64,000 nt of DNA from the human T2T-CHM13v2.0 reference genome, Homo sapiens. The position numbers and the translations under genes are program-made. The stretch is from the NCBI RefSeq assembly GCF_009914755.1, contig NC_060930.1; one strand, written 5' to 3'. How positions within the stretch are numbered: position 1 is the first letter of the stretch; each line of letters opens with the position of its first letter. The notes under the pieces are model-generated. The model was not told the origin of the DNA. It worked only from the letters and a program-made list of their open reading frames with translations, and ran no database searches. Of this stretch, positions 10,484-24,119 are shown piece by piece.

Positions 10484-11132
10484 AGGGCCAGGGGGCTCTG
10501 GGGGGAGTGTGGCTCTGGGCTGAGCACTGGAGCTGGGCAAGGAAGAAACTCCTGGACATTAAGGAGCTGCCCCTGGGGTGCCTTGGAAGGCATACTCACC
10601 TGGGAAGGACTAGGGGTTTCCTTGTAAGGGCGCTTTTAGTAACCCAACTCACAGCTTCTGAAGCTCAGGCCTGAGGAGCCCTGTCTAGGTCTGCACCCAC
10701 TGAACATATCTGGAGCTTGCCTTTTCTTAAGGTCCTCCTGAAAAGGCTTCCATTTATAATAGGCAAATAGGTTGGAATTTTAGAACTGGGTTTACCTGGT
10801 CTCCAGCTATGTTTGCTTGGTCTTTTCCAGGAATATGTTTTAGCCTTTAGCACAATTTTAAACAAGTAGATAGAAATGAAGAAGTCTGACTTTGTGAAGA
10901 CTTTTCTACCTGCCCACGATTTTTACCTTTCTCAGGTTAATAGCTTTGTTTTTGTCTCTAGGCCAATAAAATTCATCTTTTTGAGGAAGAGGAGCACCTA
11001 TTACTCCATCCGGCAGTCACTGTGTGAAGTTGACAGATAGTCGAGGTGTTTCTGTGTGTGCACTAAGGCTTCTCCACCAAAAAGTCCTCAGGGAGAAAAC
11101 TTTCTGGATCATTTTATCAAAAAGATAATCAA

Positions 11133-11420
<288 letters not shown>

Positions 11421-11954
11421 GATAATCAAAATACAGCAAGGTTTAGCCCTCATGAGCAGGGTAAAATGGTGGCCAAGGCTGGTGTTTAGCTCATGCCCCT
11501 CTGTGCCATAGCCAGTGGTCTTTCTTGGTGGAAGAGTCAGTGTTGTGAAGAGGGACTGCCTCCAGCCTCAGCTGGGCTGTCTCTTCCCAGCACCACCATA
11601 GGGTCATGTTTCCATCTGTGGGCTTGTTACCATATTAAATAGACGTAGAGTGCTCAATGTGTGTGTGCAAATCCTGGCTGCACCATGAACCAGGCGTGAG
11701 ACCTTAGATGGGTTGCCTAAACTTTCTAAGGAACTCAAGCAATAGGAACTCAAAAATGACAGGTATTGCTATCATTTTGGCAAGCTACAGATTCATTCAG
11801 ACATTTAGAAAAAAATTAAGTTGAAGCCTTCAATTGCCAGAAAATAGCTCACAAAAAGATGCTTGTTAGTTATATGTCTGACATTGTAATAAACCTTTTC
11901 TAAGTTTTCCCAAGAACAGTTGGTTCTGTTGCTACACCCAGCTCACAGCTCTAA

Positions 11955-12065
11955 GAGGCTTAGAAGGGTCAGGTGATTTATCCAAAGTCACACACCTAGT
12001 TGGTGGCACAGCCAAGAATCGAATGCAGGCAGCAAGACTCTTGCACGAATGCTTTGCCTACTTCC
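11955..12065 (-). mobile_element. MIR fragment
   Basis: gaggcttagaagggtcaggtgatttatccaaagtcacacacctagt. Confidence 0.6.
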
Positions 12066-12934
12066 CTATACCGCATAGAGCAGGAACAGCATCTCATTAT
12101 AGTAGACACTGACTCAATTTGTTAGTTTTACAAATACGAAGCAGTTGGCACGAGAAGATCCCGTGTGTTGGTGACATGTATCTTCCTAACCAAACCCTGC
12201 CTGAAAACTGGTTTCATGTCTTCCTCCAAGGGAATACATAATTGTAAGTGTCAATAAACTGCACACCTTTCTTAAGACAAATCCACTGCTGTATTTTTCA
12301 AATCAATCGAAGAAAGAAAGTGGAAGGAGGGCAGGTGCAGTTCTTTAGTCACTGCTGCATTTAACCTGCCCCCTTCAGCCTATCCTGTCACCTTTTTTTT
12401 TTTTATACAAAAGACAACTGCTGTCTTGTGCTTCCGTGGTCATTGGGCTGGAGGAATTGCACAGAAGGTGCGGGGCTGAGAAAGAGAGGCCCTCGTTGCT
12501 GTCCTGTTTGAATGGCAGGCTCAGCGGAGTGCAAATTCGATGCCCCCCATAGCCCCTGTCCTTAGGAAATACCAACTCGCTTTCATGTCATGGTCCCTAG
12601 AAATAAGTGCCTGCTTTCCAAATAACTGAAGTATCAGGAAATATCTGCATATGTTCTCCCCAGGCTTCCTTTGAGACATTAACATACGATTGTATGAAAT
12701 ACCACAGACAGGACATGGGAACTGCATCATGCTCCCTGGAACCTCTATACACTGGGCAAACTTAGCTAACAAGAACAATAAATTAGGTATAGATGCTGAC
12801 AAAATCAATTGTTCTGACTGAATTTTTCAGGTTGCTTTGACTTTGTCTTTTGGTAAATAGCTTAGTGTGTACTTTTTTTTTAGTATAAAAATGAAAACAA
12901 CTTTTTAAAGCTTATTGGACCTATGAATTAATTA

Positions 12935-13130
12935 ATAATAAATGATGACTTTGTACCAGGCAGTATGTTCGATGTGTTGTGTATGTCATCTCATTTAATC
13001 ATTCCGACTACTCCATGACATAGACATTACTTCTATTTTTGGATTGGAAAGCTCAGGGTCAGGTCACACTGAAGCTGAAAGTTATGCAATTGGTAAATAA
13101 CAGAGGTGGGATTTGAACCTGAGTCGTTAC
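12935..13130 (-). mobile_element. MIR
   Basis: tcatctcatttaatc...agaggtgggatttgaacctgag. Confidence 0.65.
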
Positions 13131-14214
13131 AGTGCCTCTTGCCAATGAGTCGTTTTGTTTTCTGAAATCTCAAGGGTTGGGGTTTCTGAGCCCAAACCCA
13201 TAATTTCTTTTGTTTACTTGCTCTTTGGAATGCCAGTGGGATGCATCATTCATTGGATTTTTTCTTTTAGATCCAGTGATCCCTAAAAGATAAGAATTTG
13301 AAATGCACTCAAGTGCCCCAAGAGACGCAACCACTCTGCTCATACTACACACAGCCTACGACCTTTAATCACACGTGCGATGGATTCAGGACCCATTTTC
13401 AGAGCTTCATCTCAAAGACCTTCTATGGGAAACAGATGGGTTGGATGAGTAAGGGCTGAGTCAGCCTCACAGAGGCTGAATCTTTGGTTCCAAGGAGTCT
13501 AAAACCCACTAAGCCATCCCCTCTGGTGAAGAGATTATACGCCAGATGGGAGCAAAACTTGCCCTTTTCTGATCCAGAGGCCGAAGTGTTCCTCATTAGA
13601 ACACTGCTGTGCTTAATGGAGGCCTAAAAATCAAATCCTTCCAATATGCTATTTAATATGGCTAAGCACAAGCAAGGGGCAAGCTTGCCCAACTCTTTTC
13701 CGAAGATCAAGTTTTTCTCATGTATAATTCAGTTTTTATCATAGTCTTTAGTTTTTGTCCATGTTAGTATTATGGTGTCTAGCATTTCTCAAGCCTGTAT
13801 TTTAAGACACATATCGGAAGAATCTTACTGATATTTACAGTTTAGAAATGACTTTCCACTAAGTTGTAGCTATCTAGAAAATAAATCAAATTGAAGCTTT
13901 AAAAGAATATTGCATACAAATCTTTCTGATCAGCTGCTTCCCTGTATAGCCATCTATTTTTGTATAAAAGACACGTGACAGCAAATATTATCTCCAATGA
14001 ATTATTTCCATGATTAGAACTCCAATACTATGTTGTATTTCCAAATATGGTCATGTTCTGAAGTAGTAATTAAATAATAAGTCTAAAGGATATTTAATCA
14101 TATCAGTCTTTTAAAATCTACTCTGTTTTCTCACAATGAATTTTTAAAAAGTGAATCAATAGTTGTACTAGTGCTATATATTTGTATGTGTTTCTGAGCG
14201 TAGATAGTTGTTCT

Positions 14215-14537
14215 AGGGTTAATTTATCAAATATGGCAGCTACTTAGCAATATAGCATTATGGTAACTATTGAGCACTTTTCGCGTTGTTAGTCTAAATT
14301 GAGATGTGGTGTAAGTGTAAAACATACTAGATTTTGAATATAAAACATGCCAATATTTTAAAATTCATTGCCTGCTTAAATGGTAATATTTTGGATATAT
14401 TAAGTTAAATAAAATGTATTGTTTAAATAACTTCTGTTTTTTTCTTTTGAAAAATGTGGCTGCTGGAAATTTTAAAATTACACATATGATGAGCATTTTT
14501 GCTTTTGTTCTATTTCTATTAAATAATGCTAATCTAG
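14215..14537. mobile_element. hAT-Charlie MITE, MER33-like
   Basis: aattgagatgtggtgtaagtgtaaaacatactagatttt...aatgtggctgctggaaattttaaaattacacat. Confidence 0.7.
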
Positions 14538-15334
14538 AGTCTCTAAGCAAATAAAATAAATAGACCTTTCTGGTTTTTCAGCTATCTGAAAAATCAGAGT
14601 ACTTCTTTTAACCCAGTTTGACTCTCTAGTTCAGCACAACCATCACTTGCTATATTGTACCTAGTGACAAAAGCAGTTAATTTACCTCCCGAATATGCTC
14701 TTTTACAAGGAGGCAGTGACTTTATTTGGAAAAATTTGGCTTAATAAGCTTTAATTGATGATAATATTAATAAACAAAAGAAGGATCAATTCACAATTAC
14801 AGTTTATAAATAATAAGTAGTAGAAGACTCTGAGAATGTATTTATACATAAATTCATATGTACCATAATATATGCTGGATGTAACTTAATACCATACCAC
14901 GATAATATAAAACTACATGATTATGTATGTGTCTTGGTGCTTGCCTTCTTAGTTACCGGTAAATTGGCAGAGGTTTAAAATATAAAATTAGCTTCTTAAC
15001 AGCTAGGCATAATTAGTTTTGAAATTCTTTTATCAAATCATTAAAACATGAACACACAATGACTCACAAAAATAATTCAGTCTTGTTTGTTTATATGCTG
15101 GTCGGCATCTCTTTTATTCATCCGTTTCCCAGCTTGGCCTTCAACAGCAAGTGTTCCTTGAACCAAAGAGAAGCTGGTTCTTTAATTCCAACAACTCCCT
15201 CTGACAGGATTATCTAAGTGTTGCTCTGCCCATCGGGATCCCTGGAGGGCCAACTTAGTGTGTTTGCGTGGCCTTGTCATTTACACAGGATGCTGTTTTT
15301 GTTCTAACGCTAATCGCTAATCGTTTGTTTTCAG

Positions 15335-15523
15335 GCTTGTGCAGACCGACAAGTAATCTTGCCGGTGACTTTCGTTCTATTCTTTTTGAGTTTTGCCATC
15401 GTCATTTATCTCTACCCTTACACAATGATCTTCCTTAACTTCTCCTTCATTAAAGACAAATGTGCAAGGGGGTTTTGTGTCCTCCCAGACAGCATGAAAT
15501 CCAACCAGAAGAAGAGGGGAAAG
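15335..15523 (+). other. Candidate 189-nt phase 0-0 exon with a hydrophobic segment
   Basis: Branch-like ctaac/ctaat/ctaat followed by gtttgttttcag|; donor AAG|GTAGAG; 63 open codons including VILPVTFVLFFLSFAIVIYLY. Confidence 0.3.
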
Positions 15524-18369
15524 GTAGAGACCAGTTTAGTAAACATGATTAGTTAAATAATCAATATCAAGTGTGAAACATCCAGCGGTGGTGTGTTACA
15601 GAGTGGTCTAATGAAATGACATGCTTTAGTGATGAAAACAACCATACATGCTCCATTGAAGAGTAGCTATTTTCTTTACAGACTAGAAACATTATGGCAA
15701 TGAATTCGGTTTATTTACAAACTTAGATTTTTTTTTTTTTTGGCTCATTAAAAAAGTCATGTTTGAAGTAGCAGGAATATTGTACATGTGGTTTATAAGC
15801 CAAAGTGGTTGCCTAAGAGGATGCAGTGTTTTTAAGGTCAGCACGATTTAGCTGACCAGGTTGTATTTCGCTCTGTTTCCATTGAAAAGAGGCAGCCACA
15901 GTTACATGACTTCTGTAGATACAGAATCAATGATGACAGTGTTCTAAGAAGGCCATTGGCCTGGTGTCAAGCCCTTTGGAAGTGTTCCACTGGCCTGTAG
16001 CCCCACAAGTTTCGTGGAAATCCTGCAGCTCAAGGAAGGGCATTTGGATTCATTTTGGGAAGGAAAAAGTAACAACTTTTACTGAGTGATCTCTGCAAGG
16101 GTTTGTCCTCCTCTTGCCCCCATCAGGTTGGACATGTAAGGCTTGGAGCTCTGGGCTTTAACTCTCTCACCTGGCTGGGGATCTCCCCTTTCTCTCCCTC
16201 CCCTGTTTGCCTCGTCCAGCTTGCAGGACCCTTTGTACCTCCCCTGGGAGGAGCTGCCTATGGAGCTGGACTGGGCAGGAAGGGAAAGTACCTGCACCTT
16301 TGCAGGCCCACAGCAGGCCTGGTAGCAGGGACCACAGCGCAGGCTCTGCAACTCCCTGACCTAGAATCAGAGTCCCCGGGCCAGGAGCCACATGGGCCGT
16401 GGCAGCAATGCCTGGACTTTCCAAGGAACTTCTTTCACAGGCTGGCAGGAGTGCTCCAGACACAAATGGACATGCCAGCTGCGAGTATCCGGGTTGGCAT
16501 GGTTTATTTGGGGAGGGAGAGGCTTAGGAGACATGCTGTGATATTCAGCTCTGACACGTTTCCTGGCGTTGCCTGACTTTTCTTTGTCCCTTTTCAAAAT
16601 CTTTGCTGCACGTATTTGGAGTCCCAGCCAGCACACCACGTACCCACCTTCTTCCCCAGGCCATCCCTCTCCTATGCCTCCACTTTCAGACATGACACCC
16701 TCACTTTTCACTTTCACCCCAGGGTTAGCTCTGACCCCTTCCTTGTTTTACCTCCCCATCTTCACATCTAATCAATTGCTGCAGCTTGCAGATTTTCTTT
16801 TTTTCTGTTTTCTCAGGCCACCACTCACCTGGAACCAGGCCCGCCTTGTGCCAGTTTTGGAATTTCATTGCCGCGTAGCTACCGTATTGGGCAAATTAGC
16901 ACCAGATCGACCATCTGCTCTCTAAAGTAGACACACACATGACATCACCGTTGCAGTTATCGAGTCATTTTCCTAAAATTCACTGTGGGAAGGACAAGCA
17001 GAGTGAACTGAGGGAGACTGATAGGACTACATCTATTTTAAATATATCCTTTAATTAGTACTTCAGAACACGGCCTCCTCTCATCTCCCTACCTTCCTGC
17101 AGGTGCATGCTTCCTTCATCAGACTGGCCTCCCCACACGCCATCGACTGCATCATACCACGGTGCGTGAGCATTGATTTCCTACTGGATAGGCTCCAGTC
17201 TGACATTCACGATTCTCCACTGCAGGGGTTCAGTCCTAGCTCTTCCATCTCCCCTGGTGAAGCCAGCACCCCAAACACTCATTCCACAGTTCCTCCCACA
17301 CCATGCCCCCTAGTGAAATGCCTGCTCCCTGATTTCTCCCCACAGCTCCTTCGTGAGCCGTTGAAGTCTAACTTTCCCATGAAGCTTCTCGGTTGATTTC
17401 AGCCGTCAATGATCTCTTCTTATTCTCAACTCATGGCTCATAGTGATTAAACCCCTCCTTGGCTAATAATTAGCTACCTCTTACATTTCTGTCTTGAGAA
17501 ATCTCACTATTTCATACACATATTGTTCATTTACTTTTTACCTATGTGCATGTTTCTTCCTGACAAGGTTATGCATTCTAGAAGAATTCTTTGAGGGTCA
17601 CAGATTCAGGGTCTTTTGTTTCAAATAGTCAAGGCTCTCCCCCTCTGAGCACTTACTTGGCATTCCCTCTTATGCTCTTGCTTGTGATACTTAATTTGTT
17701 TTGTTTCTTCTTTGGACACCAATGAGAGTTTGTTTAATAAACAGATTATTTGCGTAATATTCCAGTAAAGTAGTAAAATTTCTTCTAGTGTTTTGTTTTC
17801 TGTGTAAAAGGTTTTATTTAAATTTATTTTTCATTAGCTGTTTGTTTTTGCTCCATTATTCCAACTGCTTTCAAAACAGAGTGCATCCCATTAATGGGAA
17901 GGGTACGATGTTCCTGAGCATCCTGAAGCAATTCTGTTTGTAATCCTGGAAGTAGTAACTGGGAAAGGCGGAATGTTCTATGGACACAGAGAGGAGGAGG
18001 AGAAGATGGAAAAGGAGAGAGGAGGACCGGCACCTAGGATGGAGAAGAGAAGGGCCAGTTTTGAACAGCAAGGCAGCCCTCGGGGACAGAAATGCCACAT
18101 GTGGGTTTGACTGTTTAATGTGAAGTGTGTGCCTCACTTCCATCTTCACATCAAGAATCTTCAATAAAGCTCACACTGGTTCCTGACGATCTTATAAGAA
18201 TGGGCTATCTAGGGGAATTCGAAGGGATGTTGACTTTCGCATCTGGGTCAACAAAGTGCAGAGGCTAGGCAGGCTCGTCCTGGCCCCTGGGACTCATCTA
18301 AGGCCTCTCAGTGTCGAAAGCCTCCAGAGAGCCCTCTCGTCTTCAGATGAGTGACGCAAAATCAACTCA

Positions 18370-18535
18370 CATTTATATGACTCTTCACAACTTACAAAGG
18401 AACGTCATCCTAACGGAAACTCTGTGTGGCAAGTGGGGTGGATTTTGCTAATTCCACATTACAAACTTAAACACAGAGATTCAGAAAAGTTATGTCATAT
18501 GCCAGTAAGCAAAGAATTCAAAGCCAAGGTCTGCT
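18370..18535 (-). mobile_element. MIR fragment
   Basis: ccacatttacaaacttaaacacagagattcagaaaagttatgtca...gaattcaaagccaag. Confidence 0.5.
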
Positions 18536-19925
18536 CTTTTAAAACAACAAACAAACAAACAAGCAAAAAAAACTAGGATCGTCTAAGTAGCATCCATTCT
18601 TCCTCCTTCTTCTCCCCGTGCTAGCTGGGGTGTGCCTGCAGACTTGCTTCTCTGGAATTCATAGCATTACTCTGTGTTTGTTGTCAGTCTGCTTTCAGAA
18701 GAATAATTGCCCTGCTTTTCTCTTACATGTGAACTTTTACCTTAATGCTTAAAATGTTTGGCAATCTTGTCAACCTCTAGGTTTCAGGATACATGTCATC
18801 GGAATCTGAATTGTACATCCAGAATTATCCACACATGGTAGTTCACATTCTCCCTCTTGTTAAGTCCTGTTCTATGGTCTCTCATTACTTTGTCATTTTT
18901 CACCATTATTTTTATCTTTCTCATCAAATACACATTTTATAAACAATTGTGATTTATTATTATTATTTGCTTTTTGAATTCAGTTCCGCTGTACTGGTTT
19001 ATGAGTTGTTACTTTTCCTCTGTGACTTTCCTGGACGTTATTTGTCCAGTGCTCTCATGCTCACAAGCCCTTCTGGATCATGCGTCTATGATTCCCAGCA
19101 TCTGTTTCTAGCTCCACCTTGAAATGCATTATTCAATGAAGATTTTTTAAATTTTTTTCTTCACATGATTTAATTCTTTGGCTAATCACTGTGATTAATC
19201 TTTTGGTTGAAAATTTCCAGTTGTCTTTTTAAATGGAAATTATTATTTCTCTCTTAATTTTTCCTCTAGTATGTTAGAGAGGCTCAGGAAATGGATTCTT
19301 AGTTATTTTATACCCTCTCACTGAGTAAAATTAATGTGTTTTAAAATTAATGCCATTAAGAATCAATTGTTATTTGTAGTAGGGAAAATGTGTAAGAACC
19401 AAAATGCCCAACTTCTAAGGGAGCTGTTAAATAAATTACTCAAGTCCTCTGAGACAGAGCATGATTTATAAATATAAAAAATTGGAAAGAGTTTAAAAGA
19501 TAATTGTAAAATTAAATGCAATATAGCCATAAAACCATGTTTTCAAAGAATAGGTTTAATAAAAGTGCCCAAGGTACAATATTGAATGAAAAGATTTCAG
19601 GACACAAAAATATACATGCAATTTGATTCCAAGTTCCTTCTATTCTTAATAAATGTGATTTAGTATGAAACAAACTACTTCTCATTTTAGATGTATGCTT
19701 ATTTTGCTTAAAATGAGAATTGCAGTTTCATTGTATTCTTCTGCTTTTAATTTTTAGTATAACAACATAAATGGCACCTATTTTATTGCATTTATTCCAA
19801 CGCAGAGAAGTATATAGAGAAGAGATGCTGTCTGTGTTCTCCTGGAGTACATGCCCTAAGCACACAGAGAGCAGGTTAGGCATGGAGGGAGAGGAGGGTA
19901 ATCTGGGTGAGTGATCCACTCATGC

Positions 19926-21078
19926 TATAAGGGCCCTGGCTCCCCCAGACTCATCTCCCAGTTAACATTTCACTGGTGAGCAGGTGTGCGATCCCAGTAG
20001 AAACAGGGAAGGCATTGAGTTAAAATGAGGTGTTCTAATAAGAACTTAATTCCACAGACCCTTTGGTTATGAAGTGCTTCAGAGAAAGGTGTGGAAGGCT
20101 TAAGTAGAGATTTGAAAGACTTCTTGCACTTAGTTTCTACCACAGAGAATTTTGAACAATGAAGCCAATGAAACAGAAACAGATGGCTCAAATTTTCTTT
20201 GAAATGTAGACAGATTGAAGAGGAAGAAATTTGGCAAAAATACATTTGGGATATGGCCAAACTGAAAACATTTGAGAAATGGTATGAAACACTTTTGGAA
20301 AAGCATGAAGGTGCCTGAAACACTGACACTAAGTGTAATGTGATGGGGACACATGAAGAAATGGAGCTTGTACAGACAAGGCCACGCGTTCTGGTCAACC
20401 ATGGCCACCATGGCTTCATTCTGAGGGAGGGCAGACACTGACGGCTGGTGGTTCCACCTCAGCGACTGGAACCAGCTGCGTGACTGAAACACTCTGTGAG
20501 ACTGTAACTACCTGTAAGACTGATGCTACCTGTGTGTCTGAAACACTCTGTGAGACTGTAACTACCTATGTGACTGAACCCTGTGAGACCAAAACACCCT
20601 GTGAGACAGCAACTACCTGTGTGGGTGAGAGACTCTGTGAAACTGTAACTACCCATGCAGCTGAAGTACCCTGTGAGGCTGTAACTACCCGTGTGGCGGA
20701 AACATCCTGCAAGACTGTAGCTACCTGTGTGGCTGAAATGCCCTGTGAGATTGTAACTACCTGTGTGACTAAACAACCCTGTGAGACTGTAACTACCTGT
20801 GTGACTGAACAACCTGTGAGACTGTAACTACCTGTGTGGTTGAAATGTCCTGTGAGATTGTAACTACCTGTGTGGCTGAAACACCCTGTGTGACTGAAAC
20901 TAGCTCTGTGACTGAAGCGTGCTGTGCAAATGAAATGACCTGTGTGGCTGAAATGATCTTTGAAGCTGTAATTGCCTGTGTGACTGAAACTATCTGTGCA
21001 ACTGAAATGGCCTGTATGGCTGTAACTCCCTGTGCGACTATAACTTGCTGGGTCTCCTTTTGCTTGTCTCTAACTTGA
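19926..21078 (+). pseudogene. Candidate decayed two-exon gene ending in a Cys/Thr/Glu repeat
   Basis: TATAAG at 19926; donor CTG|GTGAGC at 19976; branch ttctaat and acceptor ttccacag| at 20057; ATG at 20069; coding-like frame with only TGA stops; repeat frames open at 20357-20827 and 20836-21078. Confidence 0.3.
20462..21050. repeat. Diverged 36-bp (2 x 18-bp) minisatellite, consensus about gtgactgaaacaccctgtgagactgtaactacctgt
   Basis: Tandem units are directly visible; the + frame reads (V)TETPCETVTTC, degrading into 18-bp units at the 3' end. Confidence 0.9.
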
Positions 21079-21221
21079 AGGCTTGGAGTAGATGATCTGA
21101 CATTCTTTAATGGGGTAGCCGCCCCACTACCATGTCTCTTTCCCTCTCTCTGGGAGTGTGAAGCACTTAAGCTGCTTTTCGTGGAGACCAAGAAACGTTC
21201 CTGAAAGAAATATTTGCCTGA

Positions 21222-21553
<332 letters not shown>

Positions 21554-22821
21554 TAACATTTAAGTGAAAAAGTATTAATGCGTGTTTATGCTAATAGTCA
21601 GGTAAAAAGAAAGCAACACCCATAGCAAAGGGCATGGAAATGTACATTTCTGCTTTGGTTTCCAAGGGGCTGATCCTTGTGAAGAGATTGGAAAGTCCTG
21701 AGTTGGGGCATTTGAGTCCAGGAAGCGAAGGATAACCCAGGAGAGCTTATTAAATGCGCCATTTCAAACAAAGTAAAGATGAAATGACCTTCAGGTAAAG
21801 AAGAAAACACTGAAACACGATGAAAGGAGAATAAGAGCCCTATGGTTTACAAAAGATTTTTTAATTTTTAAATTGAGGATATTTCCCCAAAGTATATCAG
21901 GCTTTGGAATACTGGCTGGGGGCGGTTGGAGGAGACAAAACTATAAACAAGAAAGAGAAGTTTCAGGGGCAGCTGGCATGAATGCTGCTCTCCACACCTT
22001 ACTTACTAACTCGTGGAAAAAGGGCAGAAGCACATGGGCACATGGAGACGGTCAAAATGGGAAGGAGAAAGGGTCAGAGAAGCCAAGCTGTGGGAGCTGG
22101 GAGGTCAGCGGAGACGGGACAGGCTTCGTGGTCCTGAGACAAGTACACCTGGTATGGCAGTGGCTACCTGAGAAGTGGGGAAAGCTAGCAGCACTAGAGT
22201 TTCCTGGGGGGAAGGATGAAGGGAGGGTGGCTGATATAAGGAGGTTTGTGGAAGCAATCTGAGAGCAGATAAATCCCTCGGTACCCCCGCCACCTCCACG
22301 TGCCTGCCTCCCCCCTAGTGGGGCTGAACTCCGGAGGCTTTGTCTCTGAACAGAGTCCCTGGAACAGGGCTCTAGGCATAGTTGTGCTATACCCAAAGCA
22401 AGGGACCTCACTGACTGCATGATTTAAAATATTCACGTCATTTAGCGATGAGCATGTGACAAACTCATTTCAAACTTGCTCTAAGGAAAGAAACCTGAGA
22501 CAAGCCTCCTGAAATACTAACCCTTGCTAGGAACATTTTAATGAAAAAGGCTAAGTGAGATCTCTCAGCCTGACTATAAGATAAAGAATGTCTTGTTAGA
22601 AATCATCAACCCGGCTGACAGACTGAGGGGTGAGAAGCCAGTGTCCTGGAAGAGATCTCAATTCCATTAAACTTTACCGCCTAACTGCTTAAACATTTGA
22701 TCAGGAATTCACATTTCTTCCAAGAGGGAGGTTGTAAATTATATCACATGAAAAGTTCTGTCCTAGACCAGGTTTGATTTTTCTGTGGGAAACCTGACCA
22801 GCTAACCAGTTCAAGAGGTAC

Positions 22822-23375
22822 TGAGGCAGCAGGCAGGGCTTGACTCTGGAGCCAGGGCTCGGACACGGAACCAAATGAGGACTTGCTAAAACAGGGATGG
22901 GGTAGAAACAGCTTTCCATAAGACAGGCCCACCAGCATGCCAAGTCAGTTTACCATCGCCATGGCAATACCCGCGAGTTACTGACCCTTTCCATGAGAAG
23001 ACCCGATGACCCGAAAGTTACTACCCTTCCCTAGGATGTTCTGCATAAACCGCCCCTTAACTCGCATGTTCCTAGGACGTTCTGCATAAACCGCCCTTTA
23101 ACCCGCATGTTCCCTTGGAAGTTCTGCATACACTGCCCCTTAACTCTCATGTTATTAAAAATGGGTATAAATGGGACTGCAAAACTGCCCTGAGCTGCTC
23201 CTCGGTGCCTATGGGGTAGCCCTGCCCTGCAGGAGCAGTCACAGAGCATGACGCACACTGCTGCCTCAATAAAGCTCTTTTCTTCTGCCTCTGGCTTGCC
23301 CTCGAATTCCTTCCTGGACAAGGCCAAGAACCCTCGCAGGCTGAGCCCACTGTGGGGCTCACCTGCTCTGCATCA
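22822..23375 (+). mobile_element. ERV1 solo LTR (MER4 group, MER61-like)
   Basis: TG...CA termini; 4-bp TSD GTAC at 22818-22821 and 23376-23379; TATAAA near 23166 and AATAAA near 23268. Confidence 0.85.
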
Positions 23376-24119
23376 GTACAACCAGAAAATTGCCATCGGA
23401 GTTTTCCTAAAAGCAGATAAGATATTGGATTTAAGAAACCAGAACAAGATGCTAAAGACATTTTTGCAGAATCAAAGCATGATCTTGATGAATAAAAACA
23501 AGGTAGGAGAAATGAGAAAAAAGAGAGTCATGAAGAGGGCTCTGGGAAGATGGCAGAGGGGGAAGCACCGGGGATCCATCTCCCCACCTAGACAACTGTT
23601 GCCCTGGCGGGATCTGCCTGATGTAGCTATTTCGGAACTCTGGAGTCTATCCAAAGGCTTTCAACTTCCAGAGTAAGGCTTGGATGTTCAGCTCTCAGCT
23701 TGGCAGCCACCCCCACCTTACCCTTCAATCGCAGAGCAGCCAGCCATGCATGAATCCCAGTTTAAGTGTTGGACATGCAATTTTTAAAACATTTTTCTCT
23801 CTCTTTCTTTTCATCTCTTTGTCATTTGCTCTACTTTCGGTACACGTTGCGCTCCTGGTTTTATATTTAAGCTTTCTATTACTTTTTAAGAGAATTCCTT
23901 CCTGCAGCTCATCCTTCTGCTCCCACACGCCCACTCCCAGGACTCTGGAGCCCTGAGACTCAGCCTACTGCTCTCTGATCACTATAGCTCTGCAGGACTC
24001 ATGGCTAGGTCAGCCTCTACAGAGGAAAGTGCTGACTACTTGATCTTTTCTGAGTATTCAAAGCCTCTCTCTGTTCTTATCCTTGTCCTTATTATTTTAG
24101 AGAATGAATTTGATTGTTG

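Noticed and set aside
20025-20441. In-frame TGAs as selenocysteine codons
   Set aside because: I identified no SECIS element and no redox-motif context; CpG decay or chance is simpler.
20462-21050. 36-bp repeats as a CRISPR array
   Set aside because: The units are contiguous with no unique spacers, the context is eukaryotic and there are no cas genes.
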